64,000 nucleotides of DNA from Eledone cirrhosa (GCA_964016885.1 OZ024742.1:339078001-339142000), one strand, 5' to 3'; numbered from the stretch's first letter, positions 1 through 11,937 are shown. The notes: generated by a model not told the origin, from the letters alone. Translations and numbers: made by a program.

Positions 1-3000
1 CAAGCAGTACCTCACAACAGCGGTGTTGGCAGTAGCCCCAAGCCGTACCTCACAACAGCGGTGTTGGCAGTAGCCCCAAGCCGTACCTCACAACAGCGGT
101 GTTGGCAGTAGCCCCAAGCAGTACCTCACAACAGCGGTGTTGGCAGTAGCCCCAAGCCGTACCTCACAACAGCGGTGTTGGCAGTAGCCCCAAGCCGTAC
201 CTCACAACAGTGGTGTTGGCAGTAGCCCCAAGCCGTACCTCACAACAGTGGTGTTGGCAGTAGCCCCAAGCCATGCCCCCACAACAGCGGTGTTGGCAGT
301 AGCCCCATGCCGTACCTCACAACAGCGGTGTTGGCAGCAGCCCCAAGCCATGCCCCCACAACAGCGGTGTTGGCAGTAGCCCCAAGCCGTACCTCACAAC
401 AGCGGTGTTGGCAGTAGCCCCAAGCAGTACCTCACAACAGCGGTGTTGGCAGTAGCCCCAAGCCGTACCTCACAACAGCGGTGTTGGCAGTAGACCCAAG
501 CCGTACCTCACAACAGTGGTGTTGGCAGTAGCCCCATGCCCTACCTCACAACAGCGGTGTTGGCAGTAGCCCCAAGCAGTACCTCACAACAGCGGTGTTG
601 GCAGCAGCCCCAAGCCATGCCCCCACAACAGCGGTGTTGGCAGTAGCCCCAAGCCGTACCTCACAACAGTGGTGTTGGCAGTAGCCCCAAGCCGTACCTC
701 ACAACAGCGGTGTTGGCAGTAGCCCCAAGCCGTGCCCCCACAACAGCGGTGTTGGCAGTAGCCCCAAGCCGTGCCCCCACAACAGCGGTGTTGGCAGTAG
801 CCCCAAGCCGTACCTCACAACAGCGGTGTTGGCAGTAGCCCCAAGCCGTGCCCCCACAACAGCGGTGTTGGCAGTAGCCCCAAGCCGTACCTCACAACAG
901 TGGTGTTGGCAGTAGCCCCAAGCAGTACCTCACAACAGCGGTGTTGGCAGCAGCCCCAAGCCGTGCCCCCACAACAGCGGTGTTGGCAGTAGCCCCAAGC
1001 CGTACCTCACAACAGTGGTGTTGGCAGTAGCCCCAAGCCGTACCTCACAACAGCGGTGTTGGCAGTAGCCCCAAGCCGTACCTCACAACAGTGGTGTTGG
1101 CAGTAGCCCCATGCCCTACCTCACAACAGCGGTGTTGGCAGTAGCCCCAAGCCGTACCTCACAACAGCGGTGTTGGCAGTAGCCTCAAGCCCTACCTCAC
1201 AACAGTGGTGTTGGCAGTAGCCCCAAGCCGTACCTCACAACAGCGGTGTTGGCAGTAGCCCCATGCCCTACCTCACAACAGTGGTGTTGGCAGTAGCCCC
1301 AAGCCGTACCTCACAACAGTGGTGTTGGCAGTAGCCCCAAGCCCTACCTCACAACAGCGGTGTTGGCAGTAGCCCGAAGTCGTACCTCACAACAGCGGTG
1401 TTGGCAGTAGCCCCATGCCCTACCTCACAACAGTGGTGTTGGCAGTAGCCCCAAGCCGTACCTCACAACAGTGGTGTTGGCAGTAGCCCCAAGCCCTACC
1501 TCACAACAGCGGTGTTGGCAGTAGCCCGAAGTCGTACCTCACAACAGCGGTGTTGGCAGTAGCCCCAAGCCGTACCTCACAACAGTGGTGTTGGCAGTAG
1601 CCCCAAGCCGTACCTCACAACAGCGGTGTTGGCAGTAGCCCGAAGTCGTACCTCACAACAGCGGTGTTGGCAGTAGCCCCAAGCCGTACCTCACAACAGT
1701 GGTGTTGGCAGTAGCCCCAAGCCCTACCTCACAACAGCGGTGTTGGCAGTAGCCCGAAGTCGTACCTCACAACAGCGGTGTTGGCAGTAGCCCCAAGCCG
1801 TACCTCACAACAGCGGTGTTGGCAGTAGCCCCAAGCCGTACCTCACAACAGCGGTGTTGGCAGTAGCCCCAAGCCGTACCTCACAACAGCGGTGTTGGCA
1901 GTAGCCCCAAGCCGTACCTCACAACAGTGGTGTTGGCAGTAGCCCCAAGCCGTACCTCACAACAGCGGTGTTAGCAGTAGCCCCAAGCCGTACCTCACAA
2001 CAGTGGTGTTGGCAGTAGCCCCAAGCCGTACCTCACAACAGTGGTGTTGGCAGTAGCCCCAAGCCGTACCTCACAACAGCGGTGTTAGCAGTAGCCCCAA
2101 GCCGTACCTCACAACAGTGGTGTTGGCAGTAGCCCCAAGCCGTACCTCACAACAGCGGTGTTAGCAGTAGCCCCAAGCCGTACCTCACAACAGTGGTGTT
2201 AACAGTAGCCCCAAGCCGTACCTCACAACAGCGGTGTTAGCAGTAGCCCCAAGCCGTACCTCACAACAGTGGTGTTGGCAATAGCCCCAAGCCGTACCTC
2301 ACAACAGTGGTGTTGGCAGTAGCCCCAAGCCGTACCTCACAACAGCGGTGTTGGCAGTAGCCCCAAGCCGTACCTCACAACAGCGGTGTTGGCAGTAGCC
2401 CCAAGCCGTACCTCATAACAGCGGTGTTGGCAGTAGCCCCAAGCCGTACCTCACAACAGTGGTGTTGGCAATAGCCCCAAGCCGTACCTCACAACAGTGG
2501 TGTTGGCAGTAGCCCCAAGCCGTACCTCATAACAGCGGTGTTGGCAGTAGCCCCAAGCCGTACCTCACAACAGTGGTGTTGGCAATAGCCCCAAGCCGTA
2601 CCTCACAACAGTGGTGTTGGCAGTAGCCCCAAGCCGTACCTCATAACAGCGGTGTTGGCAGTAGCCCCAAGCCGTACCTCACAACAGCGATGTTGGCAGT
2701 AGCCCCAACCGTACCTCACAACAGCGGTGTTGGTAGTAGCCCCAAGCCGTACCTCACAACAGTGGTGTTGGCAGTAGCCCCAAGCCGTACCTCACAACAG
2801 CGATGTTGGCAGTAGCCCAAAGCCGTGCCCCCACAAGAGCGGTGTTGGTAGTAGCCCCAAGCCGTACCTCATAACAGCGGTGTTGGCAGTAGCCCCAAGC
2901 CGTACCTCACAACAGCGATGTTGGCAGTAGCCCAAAGCCGTGCCCCCACAACAGCGGTGTTGGTAGTAGCCCCAAGCCGTACCTCATAACAGCGGTGTTG

Positions 3001-4050
3001 GCAGTAGCCCCAAGCCGTACCTCACAACAGCGATGTTGGCAGTAGCCCAAAGCCGTGCCCCCACAACAGCGGTGTTAGCAGTAGCCCCAAGCCGTACCTC
3101 ACAACAGTGGTGTTGGCAGTAGCCCCAAGCCGTACCTCATAACAGCGGTGTTGGTAGTAGCCCCAAGCCGTACCTCACAACAGCGATGTTGGCAGTAGCC
3201 CAAAGCCGTGCCCCCACAACAGCGGTGTTGGTAGTAGCCCCAAGCCGTACCCCACAACACGGGTGTTGGCAGTAGCCCCAAGCCGTGCCCCCACAACAGT
3301 GGTGTTGGTAGTAGCCCCAAGCCGTACCCCACAACACGGGTGTTGGTAGTAGCCCCAAGCCGTGCCCCCACAACAGCGGTGTTGGCAGTAGCCCCAAGCC
3401 GTACCTCACAACTCCGGTGTTGGCAGTAGCTCCAAGCCGTACCTCACAACACCGGTGTTGGCAGTAGCCCCAAGCCGTGCCCCCACAAGACCGGTGTTGG
3501 CAGTAGCTCCAAGCCGTGCCCCCACAAGACCGGTGTTGGCATTAGCCCCAAGCCGTTCCCCCACAACAGTGGTGTTGGCAGTAGCCCCATGCCGTGCTCC
3601 CACAACACCGGTGTTGGTAGTAGCCCCATGCCGTATCTAACAACAGCGGTGTTGGCAGTAGCCCCAATCCGTGCGCCCACAACATCGGTGTTGTCAGTAG
3701 CCCCATTCCGTATCTCATAACAGCGGTGTTGGTAGTAGCCCCATGCCGTGCTCCCACAACACCGGTGTTGGCAGTAGCCCCATGCCGTATCTCACAACAG
3801 CGGTGTTGGCAGTAGCCCCAATCCGAGCGCCCACAACACCGGTGTTGTCAGTAGCCCCAAGCCGTACCCCACAACAGTGGTGTTGGCAGTAGCCCCAAAC
3901 CGTACCCCACAACAGTTGTGTTGGCAGTAGCCCCAATCCGTGCCCCCACAACAGTGGTGTTGGCAGTAGCCCCATGCTGTATCTCACAACAGTGGTGTTG
4001 GCAGTAGCCCCAAGCCGTACCTCACAACAGCGGTGTTGGCAGTAGCCCCA
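1..4050. repeat. 39-bp minisatellite array, about 104 copies, truncated by the window start
   Basis: Unit CAAGCCGTACCTCACAACAGCGGTGTTGGCAGTAGCCCC repeats in tandem; copies diverge towards the right edge. Confidence 0.97.
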
Positions 4051-4111
4051 ATAACGTAAACAAATACGCCACCTTAATATTTTTTCAACAGGGCAATATA
4101 TTCAAAAAAAG

Positions 4112-4598
4112 AAAAGGTATGGTGCACAACTTGAGACAGCTGAAGGGAAAATAAAGGTATGGTGCTCAACATGAGACAGCTGAAGGGAAAATTATGGTAT
4201 GGTGCTCAACATGAGACAGCTGAAGGGAAAATAAAGGTATGGTGCTCAACATGAGACAGCTGAAGGGAAAATATAGGTATGGTGCTCAACATGAGACAGC
4301 TGAAGGGAAAATATAGGTATGGTGCTCAACATGAGACAGCTGAAGGGAAAATAAAGGTATGGTGCTCAACATGAGACAGCTGAAAGGAAAATATAGGTAT
4401 GGTGCTCAACATGAGACAGCTGAAGGGAAAATAAAGGTATGGTGCTCAACATGAGACAGCTGAAGGGAAAATATAGGTATGGTGCGCAACATGAGACAGC
4501 TGAAGGGAAAATATAGGTATGGTGCTCAACATGAGACAGCTGAAGGGAAAATATAGGTATGGTGCTCAACATGAGACAGCTGAAGGGAAAATATAGGT
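4112..4598. repeat. 40-bp minisatellite, about 12 copies
   Basis: Unit AGGTATGGTGCTCAACATGAGACAGCTGAAGGGAAAATAT/A. Confidence 0.95.
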
Positions 4599-4677
4599 GT
4601 GTCAAGAAGGACAGTATAATAATTTACGTTCTAAGAATCTGCATGTGTCACTTTCGTCTTTGATATTTCCAAGTGGG

Positions 4678-4840
4678 AAGGCGGTGAATTGGCAGAGTGG
4701 TTAAAAGATTGGATAGAATGCTTTATGGTATTTATCCCAGCTCACTGGACTCTGAGTTCCTATCCTGCCTAGATAAATTTTGCCTTTCATCTTCTCAAGG
4801 AAGATAAATAAAATACCAGCCCAGTATTGGAGTTGATTCC
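4678..4840 (+). mobile_element. Diverged tRNA-derived SINE (family 1)
   Basis: GCGGTGAATTGGCAGAGTGG (A-box-like)...GAGTTCCTATCC (B-box-like)...TTTGCCTTTCATC...GATAAATAAAATACCAG; aligns by eye with the copies at 28.5-29.1 kb. Confidence 0.75.
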
Positions 4841-5221
4841 TCCTCTATATCTCTTTATAACGTCCTCTATCACTCTCTCTTCTTCTCTGGAAGAAATCGA
4901 CTGTATTCAGATCTAGAGAAGGGATGGGCTCCGCTAGGTTTTAAATGCCCAAGACACGCCGTATGTCACTTACAGGTCCGCCCGTTCGCCCGCCAGTCCC
5001 GCCGCTCGTCCGTCCATCCACCCATCCATCCATACGTACATACTCGCACAGACATATGTACACACATACGTACATTAGTACAAAAGACGAAAGTCATCAA
5101 TTGACAATAAATGTAGGCTGTGAAATACGAAGATGGAAGAATTTAGCGACGCTATTGCCAAATGTGTGTATATTGTCGTTACTACCTTCCCATGGGGCAT
5201 AATATGGCAGCCTGTACAGCT

Positions 5222-5561
5222 TTGAATGCACTACCGAAGACGAAAGTCAGAAAACAGCACAGCTCCCATGACTTTCGGAAACATTTTTTCACGCTCAGAG
5301 TTGCTGAAGCATGGAACAAACTACCTGCATCAGTTGTTAGCTGGCGAGACACTGCATCCTTTAAAACCTCCATGCTTCCTCCTGAGATTCGCCAACACTA
5401 CACCGAATATTCCCCTCCATACACACGCACACATGTATATCATGACTCACACTATTCACTTCCCTGACATTTGTATATTATTCTATGTACTATACATGCA
5501 CCTTTGATGAGTTGTAGTGCACCTGAGCACTGTACACAATAATTTCATTATTATTATTATT
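5222..5561 (+). mobile_element. CR1/L2-group LINE 3' fragment
   Basis: Translation FRKHFFTLRVAEAWNKLPASVV matches the typical CR1/L2 ORF2 C-terminus; ends in a (TTA)n tail. Confidence 0.7.
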
Positions 5562-5574
5562 TAAAATAACAACG

Positions 5575-5760
5575 AATAGGTAAGAATATGTTGTGACTGA
5601 TGGTGGAATCTAAAAACAAAACTCGCTACCAAATTAAAACACACCAATCTGGTTTTGTTGTTTGGGACCACAGTCTGAAAATATACTTTGTGGTAGAAGT
5701 CAGCTGCCCACTCGAGTACAATGTAATTAAACACAAGAAAAGGAGGACACTAAGATATAC
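5575..5760 (+). pseudogene. Fragment of a restriction-like endonuclease domain from an R2/R4/NeSL-type non-LTR element
   Basis: Frameshifted WWN..KTH..VVWD..K...VVEVSCPLEYNV resembles the (HN)RPDxVVWD...IIEVSCP PD-(D/E)xK motif. Confidence 0.5.
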
Positions 5761-5860
5761 GTTCAATTTTATGCCTATTATTTTGGTGCATCAGGATATA
5801 TATATCCACCTGCATATATACATGTATGGTATGTATATGTGTGTATATATATATGTATAT

Positions 5861-6535
5861 ATAAACGGAAAAAATGAAACGAAATTTCATTTCTCACTCT
5901 TAGTACGGCTTTTACTTAAATATAAGTATGTATACGTACATACATATATGTATACAGACGTACAGTAGTATGTATATATATACATACATGCACACATATA
6001 TATATGTACGTATGGATTCACCGAACATTTATTATAATGCTCGGTAATTATAATAAATGTTCGGTGAATCCATACGTACATATATATATGTGTGCATGTA
6101 TATATATATACATACTACTGTACGTCTGTATACATATATGTATGTACGTATACATACTTATATTTAAGTAACAGCCGTACTAAGAATGAGAAATGAAATT
6201 TCGTTTCATTTTTTCCGTTTATCGTTTTCGGTACCCCGGCCGATTAACTCACTCGATATGCAAATTAGGCTGCTCAGCCGTTAATATGCATAAGGAAAGT
6301 ATATACTTTCAGACGTTCAACCATCTGGCAGGAAGGTATACGTTGCTGACGATAGCTAATAAGCTTGAAACTAGTACAGCGTTCCTTTGTCAGTGTTGAA
6401 CAAATGAGCAACAATGGTTGCTAGACACTGTACGGCTTAATTCGGGATGTTTGTTTACACCGAGCATTATAATAAATGTTCGGTGAATCCATACGTACAT
6501 ATATATGTGTGCATGTATGTATATATATATACATA
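5861..6535 (+). mobile_element. HHR-containing 419-bp terminally redundant element (retrozyme/pLTR-like) with an inverted arm
   Basis: Sequence at 6047 recurs at 6466 (period 419); 5861-6045 is an inverted copy; flanked by TA-rich repeats. Confidence 0.8.
6340..6382 (+). ncRNA. Minimal type I hammerhead ribozyme
   Basis: ACGTTG-CTGACGA-tAGCTaataAGCTt-GAAA-CTAG-TA^CAGCGT; 6-bp stem I, palindromic stem III ACTAGT. Confidence 0.85.
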
Positions 6536-6541
6536 TACATA

Positions 6542-6597
<56 letters not shown>

Positions 6598-6600
<3 letters not shown>

Positions 6601-6898
6601 AAGGCGGGTAAAATTCCCGAGATCCATGGACGAGTTCTCTCCAGCGGTCTCTGTCCCTCATTATCGCTGCCATATCCTGCATCTCCAACAGACCAGTGTC
6701 TGTCCTTAGGGCATCAACATATGTTAACCTTGGTCTTCCCCTTCTAGTGTGTCCATGTAGGGGCTCCCAAAGGAGCACTGAGTGCAATGTCCTGAACATT
6801 AATCAGTATACACTGAGGATGAATAACTCAGAGCTGTATGGGAGCATCCCAAAAGTCAGCTCAAAAGTGACACAGAGAAGACTGAGGTTGGCTGGACA
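6598..6898 (-). mobile_element. RTE-clade LINE 3' fragment with 5' inversion
   Basis: Minus strand [24 protein letters not shown]...DRDRWRELV; plus strand ELYGSIPKVSSKVTQRRLRLAGH; both ends in (TA)n. Confidence 0.8.
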
Positions 6899-6916
6899 TA
6901 TATATATATATATATA

Positions 6917-7450
6917 GAATAAGGTTAATATATATCTGAGGGTACAATGTACCCCCGGAAATATATAGTGTGTCTATGATTTAAGGTGGTTCTATGGTAA
7001 TAATTTGATATACCAGAACTTAATATCAAGATAAGCAGAACAAGTAAAATTCAACCAATTTTTCAAAATAAATCAAAATTAATATACAATTAAAATTAAT
7101 CAAAATTAAAAAATATAATATAAATATTTACCTATTCAAATGGCCCTAACTGTACAGTTTCACGATGCAAAACATTAGATATCACGTGGATATTAATGGA
7201 AAAGCAACGATCATCAGAGAAGCATTTTCCTGTCCTAGGGTTAAAAACCCCAGGAACGACAAAATATATGACCTCACTCCAACTAATACAGGTCTGAAAG
7301 GTCGTGAAAGTGACCCGTAAATACATTGGTGTATAGAATAGGTAAATATTTATATTATATTTTTTAATTTTGATTAATTTTAATTGTATATTACTTTTGA
7401 TTTATTTTGAAAAATTGGTTGAATTTTACTTGTTCTGCTTATCTTGATAT
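6917..7450 (-). mobile_element. HHR-containing pLTR-like insertion with inverted arms 7023-7137 / 7336-7450
   Basis: About 115-bp near-perfect inverted repeat, (TA)n on both sides. Confidence 0.78.
7138..7227 (-). ncRNA. Type I hammerhead ribozyme with extended stem II
   Basis: Reverse complement: AAATGCTTCT-CTGATGA-tcgttgc..gcatcgt-GAAA-CTGTACAG-TT^AGGGCCATTT. Confidence 0.75.
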
Positions 7451-7503
7451 ATATATATGTAAATATAAATATATATATATATGTAAATATAAATATATAT
7501 ATG

Positions 7504-7689
7504 TAACGAAGGAAATGTGGTAAGGAACCAGGTGGACCATAACGCACCAAAGTACTCAATACTTAGGGTAGTAGAGTGGGTAATAGGAACCAGTAAGACC
7601 CCGACGGCTGAGCTCAAGCCGTTTCGACGGCTAATTCCAGAATTAGCCGTCGAAACGGCTTGAGCTCAGCCGTCGGGGTCTTACTGGTT

Positions 7690-7694
<5 letters not shown>
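7504..7694. mobile_element. Fold-back element made of HHR 3' halves (copy 1)
   Basis: 55-bp perfect inverted arms 7583-7637 / 7640-7694, each containing GAAA-CGGCTtgagctcAGCCG-TC^GGGGTC; second copy at 30168. Confidence 0.8.
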
Positions 7695-7753
<59 letters not shown>

Positions 7754-7760
7754 AATATAA

Positions 7761-7962
<202 letters not shown>

Positions 7963-8078
7963 ATATATAGTAATAATAATAAATTTGAAGACTAAAATCC
8001 AAAGAGGGCTCGATAAGGATAAATATATATCAAATATATAAGAACCGTAGAGCAAATATTTATTAAATAACAGATTAA

Positions 8079-8129
8079 AGTTTAAGCAAAGAATCGCTGC
8101 TTTCACCCTTAACGGGATCTTCTGAAACT
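8079..8129 (-). ncRNA. Hammerhead-like motif with CAGAAGA core
   Basis: Inverted copy of 8909-8959. Confidence 0.65.
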
Positions 8130-8908
8130 AACAAAGTCAATCTGCAAACGCAGAACTGGATATTTCAAAAAACGTTGCAACCGGAGGAAGACAGGAAGAC
8201 GATACTTTGGTTCGTGGAAACGTTCGCTGGCGAAGAACGGGAAAAAACGAATAAACGTCATTAATAGGAGCGGTGAAAAACATTTACGTGCAAAGACAGA
8301 ACCACGTTTATGGTATAAAAGAGGTCGTAGACTAATGTTCTCTTAGGTGGTGCATAGAGACGTTCTCTGGCAATGAACGAAAAAACGAAGATAATACGTC
8401 ATATGTGGAGCGTGGAGAACAATAGCACGCAAAGACAAAACCACGTAAATGGTATAGCAGAAGTCGTAGACTAAAATTCTAACTAGGAGACCAAATGAAT
8501 CTCCGCTACAGAGTTAAGAACAAAGTAAATAAATACAATACAGAAGTAATAGAAATAAATAAATACACACACGCAAACAAAGACGTACATACACAAGCAT
8601 ACGCACGCTCCACATATGACGTATTATCTTCGTTTTTTCGTTCATTGCCAGAGAACGTCTCTATGCACCACCTAAGAGAACATTAGTCTACGACCTCTTT
8701 TATACCACAAACGTGGTTCTGTCTTTGCGCGTAAATGTTTTTCACCGCTCCTATTAATGACGTATTATTCGTTTTTTCCCGTTCTTCGCCAGCAAACGTT
8801 TCCACGAACCAAAGTATCGTCTTCCTGCCTTCCTCCGGTTGCAACGTTTTTTGAAATATCCAGTTCTGCGTTTACAGATTGACTTTGCGTTTACAGATTG
8901 ACTTTGTT

Positions 8909-8959
8909 AGTTTCAGAAGATCCCGTTAAGGGTGAAAGCAGCGATTCTTTGCTTAAACT
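8909..8959 (+). ncRNA. Hammerhead-like motif with CAGAAGA core
   Basis: AGTTT-CAGAAGA-tCCCgttaaGGGt-GAAA-GCAgcgattcttTGC-TT^AAACT. Confidence 0.65.
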
Positions 8960-8975
8960 TTAATCTGTTATTTTA

Positions 8976-9173
<198 letters not shown>

Positions 9174-9289
9174 GAATATGTATATATATATATATATATG
9201 CATGCACTCGCGCGCTTGCGTGTGTGTTTATATCAAATTAATTCTAAAACGATTTGCTCCATCAATCGATGTACTCGAATCGAAGATTT

Positions 9290-10480
9290 CAGTCGAGAAT
9301 TATCTGCCCTTGCTAAAAAGCTGGCCTCTACGAATGATAGCTGAAGATATAAGGAATTACAACAGGAAAACGTCTCTTATTTTTATAGACTTATGTAAAA
9401 CTTTCGAGAGTATAAATAGAGATGACCTTTCCAAATCTTCTCATGGCATTCCACCTATGATTGCAGAAGTAATTGAGACATTTTCAAAGCACTAGTGCAA
9501 CCATAATTATTCTTGGTGGTCCAACTGAACTCTTTGACATATCTGCAGGTGTGTGTCTTTTACGCCATTCCTTTTCTTCATAGCTCTACGCTCTTTAAAA
9601 TCTTTCTAGACACCATCAACAAGAAGAGCAACACCATTAAACCTCGTTTGAGCTCAAGACATCCATCCAAACATTTTACAGACCTTGATCGGCAGAAGGT
9701 CGTACACCATGCTTTGTGGCATAGAGTTACAGCCCTTTACATTCCAAGTTCAAATCCCGCCGAGGTTAGCTTTGACTTTCTTCCTTATGTGGTCCATAAA
9801 ATATAGCACTATTAACGCACTGGGGTATTTTGAATCGACTCCACCGCCCTCCCCCATACAAAAAATTGTTGGCCTTGTGCCTAAATCGGAAACCATTCTT
9901 CTAGCAGATTGCATGCAGAATACCTATCACGTCCTGGCTCTCCAAGAAACAGCTGCTTTTGTTGGTCACCATTTCAATGGCACCACAACTGAATACATCG
10001 CAAATTCATCTACTTAAAGCACCACCAAAGCACCACATGAAAGTGAAATTAAGAGAGCTAACAATTTTAAGCACCGTAGTTCTTGGATCATAAACTCTGG
10101 AAAATATTTCAACAGAAAAGTCCAGGCGTGGTTAACATGGACTATGCTTAACATAATTTGGTGTTAAAACCTACCAAATTCCCCCAAAGTAAGCCTCCTC
10201 CAAGTTACCAGACATACCAATCATAAATTATGATAGTGAAACTTGGACATTTATTAGTGAACAACAAAAGCACCTCAATTGAACATCAACAACCTTACTT
10301 TGCCGGGCACAACACCACCTCGAAGCAACATAAGTCTAGTAGAGAAACATAAGACGGTCTTTCTCATATTTATAATATTTTGCGAAAGAGAAGAGTGAGA
10401 TTTGCATCGTTCCTCAAATGAAGTTGCGTTTTCTTTAGGTTCTGATGTCCTAACAAGAACTAAGAGTCTCCCCCTCCCAG
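9290..10480 (+). pseudogene. Highly decayed RTE-like reverse transcriptase, interrupted by a SINE
   Basis: [33 protein letters not shown] (RT motif F.D..KAFDS); many stops and frameshifts. Confidence 0.65.
9688..9900 (+). mobile_element. SINE family 1
   Basis: GTTCAAATCCCGCCGAGGTTAGCTTTG...GGCCTTGTGCCTAAATCGGAAACC. Confidence 0.75.
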
Positions 10481-10529
10481 TTCGCTAGCCGCGCGCTTGG
10501 ACACCCGACTTAGTATTTCCGTGTCTCTG

Positions 10530-10608
<79 letters not shown>

Positions 10609-10909
10609 GTGTGTGTCCGCATGTATCTGTGTGTTTTTAAATATATTAATAACTCCCTCTGGTCGAGCAATCTTTGAAGTGTGGGGACAACTGGAAAGCT
10701 TCCATTACTCATACTTCTCGCCTTCTTCACTACCTCTTCTACGGCCTCGATATGAATACCCCCTCCGCCTCCGTGGTATTTTCTTCGTGGTTATAAGAGG
10801 CTTAGCTCTGTTTCTCGACCGTTATATCGCGTGACTATCTCCCCCTCCGCCTTTTGGGATTCTTTCTCACGTCGTGTAGACGCGTTCTTGAGACTAGTAA
10901 AATGAGGTA

Positions 10910-10997
10910 TCCTCTTGATAAGTTGGCAGACCTCGCAAGGACTCTATATCTTTGATATATTGTTTTTGTTTATGCCACGAAACTACGTAGTCGAGGA
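10910..10997 (+). ncRNA. Type I hammerhead ribozyme, U3-A8 core variant
   Basis: TCCTC-TTGATAA-GtTGGCA..TGCCAC-GAAA-CTACGTAG-TC^GAGGA; predicted cut after 10992. Confidence 0.85.
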
Positions 10998-11500
10998 ATT
11001 TAGGAACAGTTTAGGTATGATACATTTTATTACTAATTATATCTAAATGTTTCTTCTCTCTTCATAATGTATTTTTAACTCTGATACTGGTTCAGTCTGG
11101 TTCAAACTGAATTGGTCTGTCCCAGTCATTCATTGAGCAACATCGGTGAAGTTGGCACCCTTAACTCACAGTTGGGTGCGGATGCATTCATGTATATATG
11201 TGTGTGTCCGCATGTATCTGTGTGTTTTTAAATATATTAATAACTCCCTCTGGTCGAGCAATCTTTGAAGTGTGGGGACAACTGGAAAGCTTCCATTACT
11301 CATACTTCTCGCCTTCTTCACTACCTCTTCTACGGCCTCGATATGAATACCCCCTCCGCCTCCGTGGTATTTTCTTCGTGGTTATAAGAGGCTTAGCTCT
11401 GTTTCTCGACCGTTATATCGCGTGACTATCTCCCCCTCCGCCTTTTGGGATTCTTTCTCACGTCGTGTAGACGCGTTCTTGAGACTAGTAAAATGAGGTA

Positions 11501-11588
11501 TCCTCTTGATAAGTTGGCAGACCTCGCAAGGACTCTATATCTTTGATATATTGTTTTTGTTTATGCCACGAAACTACGTAGTCGAGGA
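11501..11588 (+). ncRNA. Type I hammerhead ribozyme, U3-A8 core variant (second unit)
   Basis: Same sequence as 10910-10997; predicted cut after 11583. Confidence 0.85.
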
Positions 11589-11777
11589 ATTTAGGAACAG
11601 TTTAGGTATGATACATTTTATTACTAATTATATCTAAATGTTTCTTCTCTCTTCATAATGTATATATATATATATATATATATAAGATATTAAGATTTTT
11701 TAAAAAAGATGTCCCACACGAGTGAAAGTATAGTATAAGGAAAAGAAATTGTACAATTAACAATATTTATTTATTTA

Positions 11778-11813
11778 CTTTACCCGTTTCACAGTTCTTA
11801 TGATTTTCAAAAG
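11778..11813 (-). ncRNA. Degenerate minimal hammerhead (TTGAAAA core) in a short pLTR-like fragment (11684-11840)
   Basis: Reverse complement: CTT-TTGAAAA-tcataagaactgt-GAAA-CGGG-TA^AAG; flank ACTTTCACTCGTGT.GGACA shared with the element at 35620-35830. Confidence 0.5.
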
Positions 11814-11838
11814 GAAAATTGACATGGAAGGTTTGACT

Positions 11839-11885
<47 letters not shown>

Positions 11886-11937
11886 TAATAAAAACAATGA
11901 ATAAAAACAAAGAAACAGTTCCTTATATTAAAAAATT

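Larger units (their letters stand above)
10601..11663 (+). mobile_element. Tandem 591-bp HHR-containing repeat (about 1.8 units), non-LTR retrozyme-like
   Basis: 10601-11072 apparently identical to 11192-11663; one HHR per unit; no coding potential; (CA)n/(TA)n flanks. Confidence 0.88.

Noticed and set aside
1-4598. CRISPR-like regular repeats (39 and 40 bp; also the 47- and 57-bp arrays)
   Set aside because: Head-to-tail units with no unique spacers, no cas genes, and a eukaryotic context
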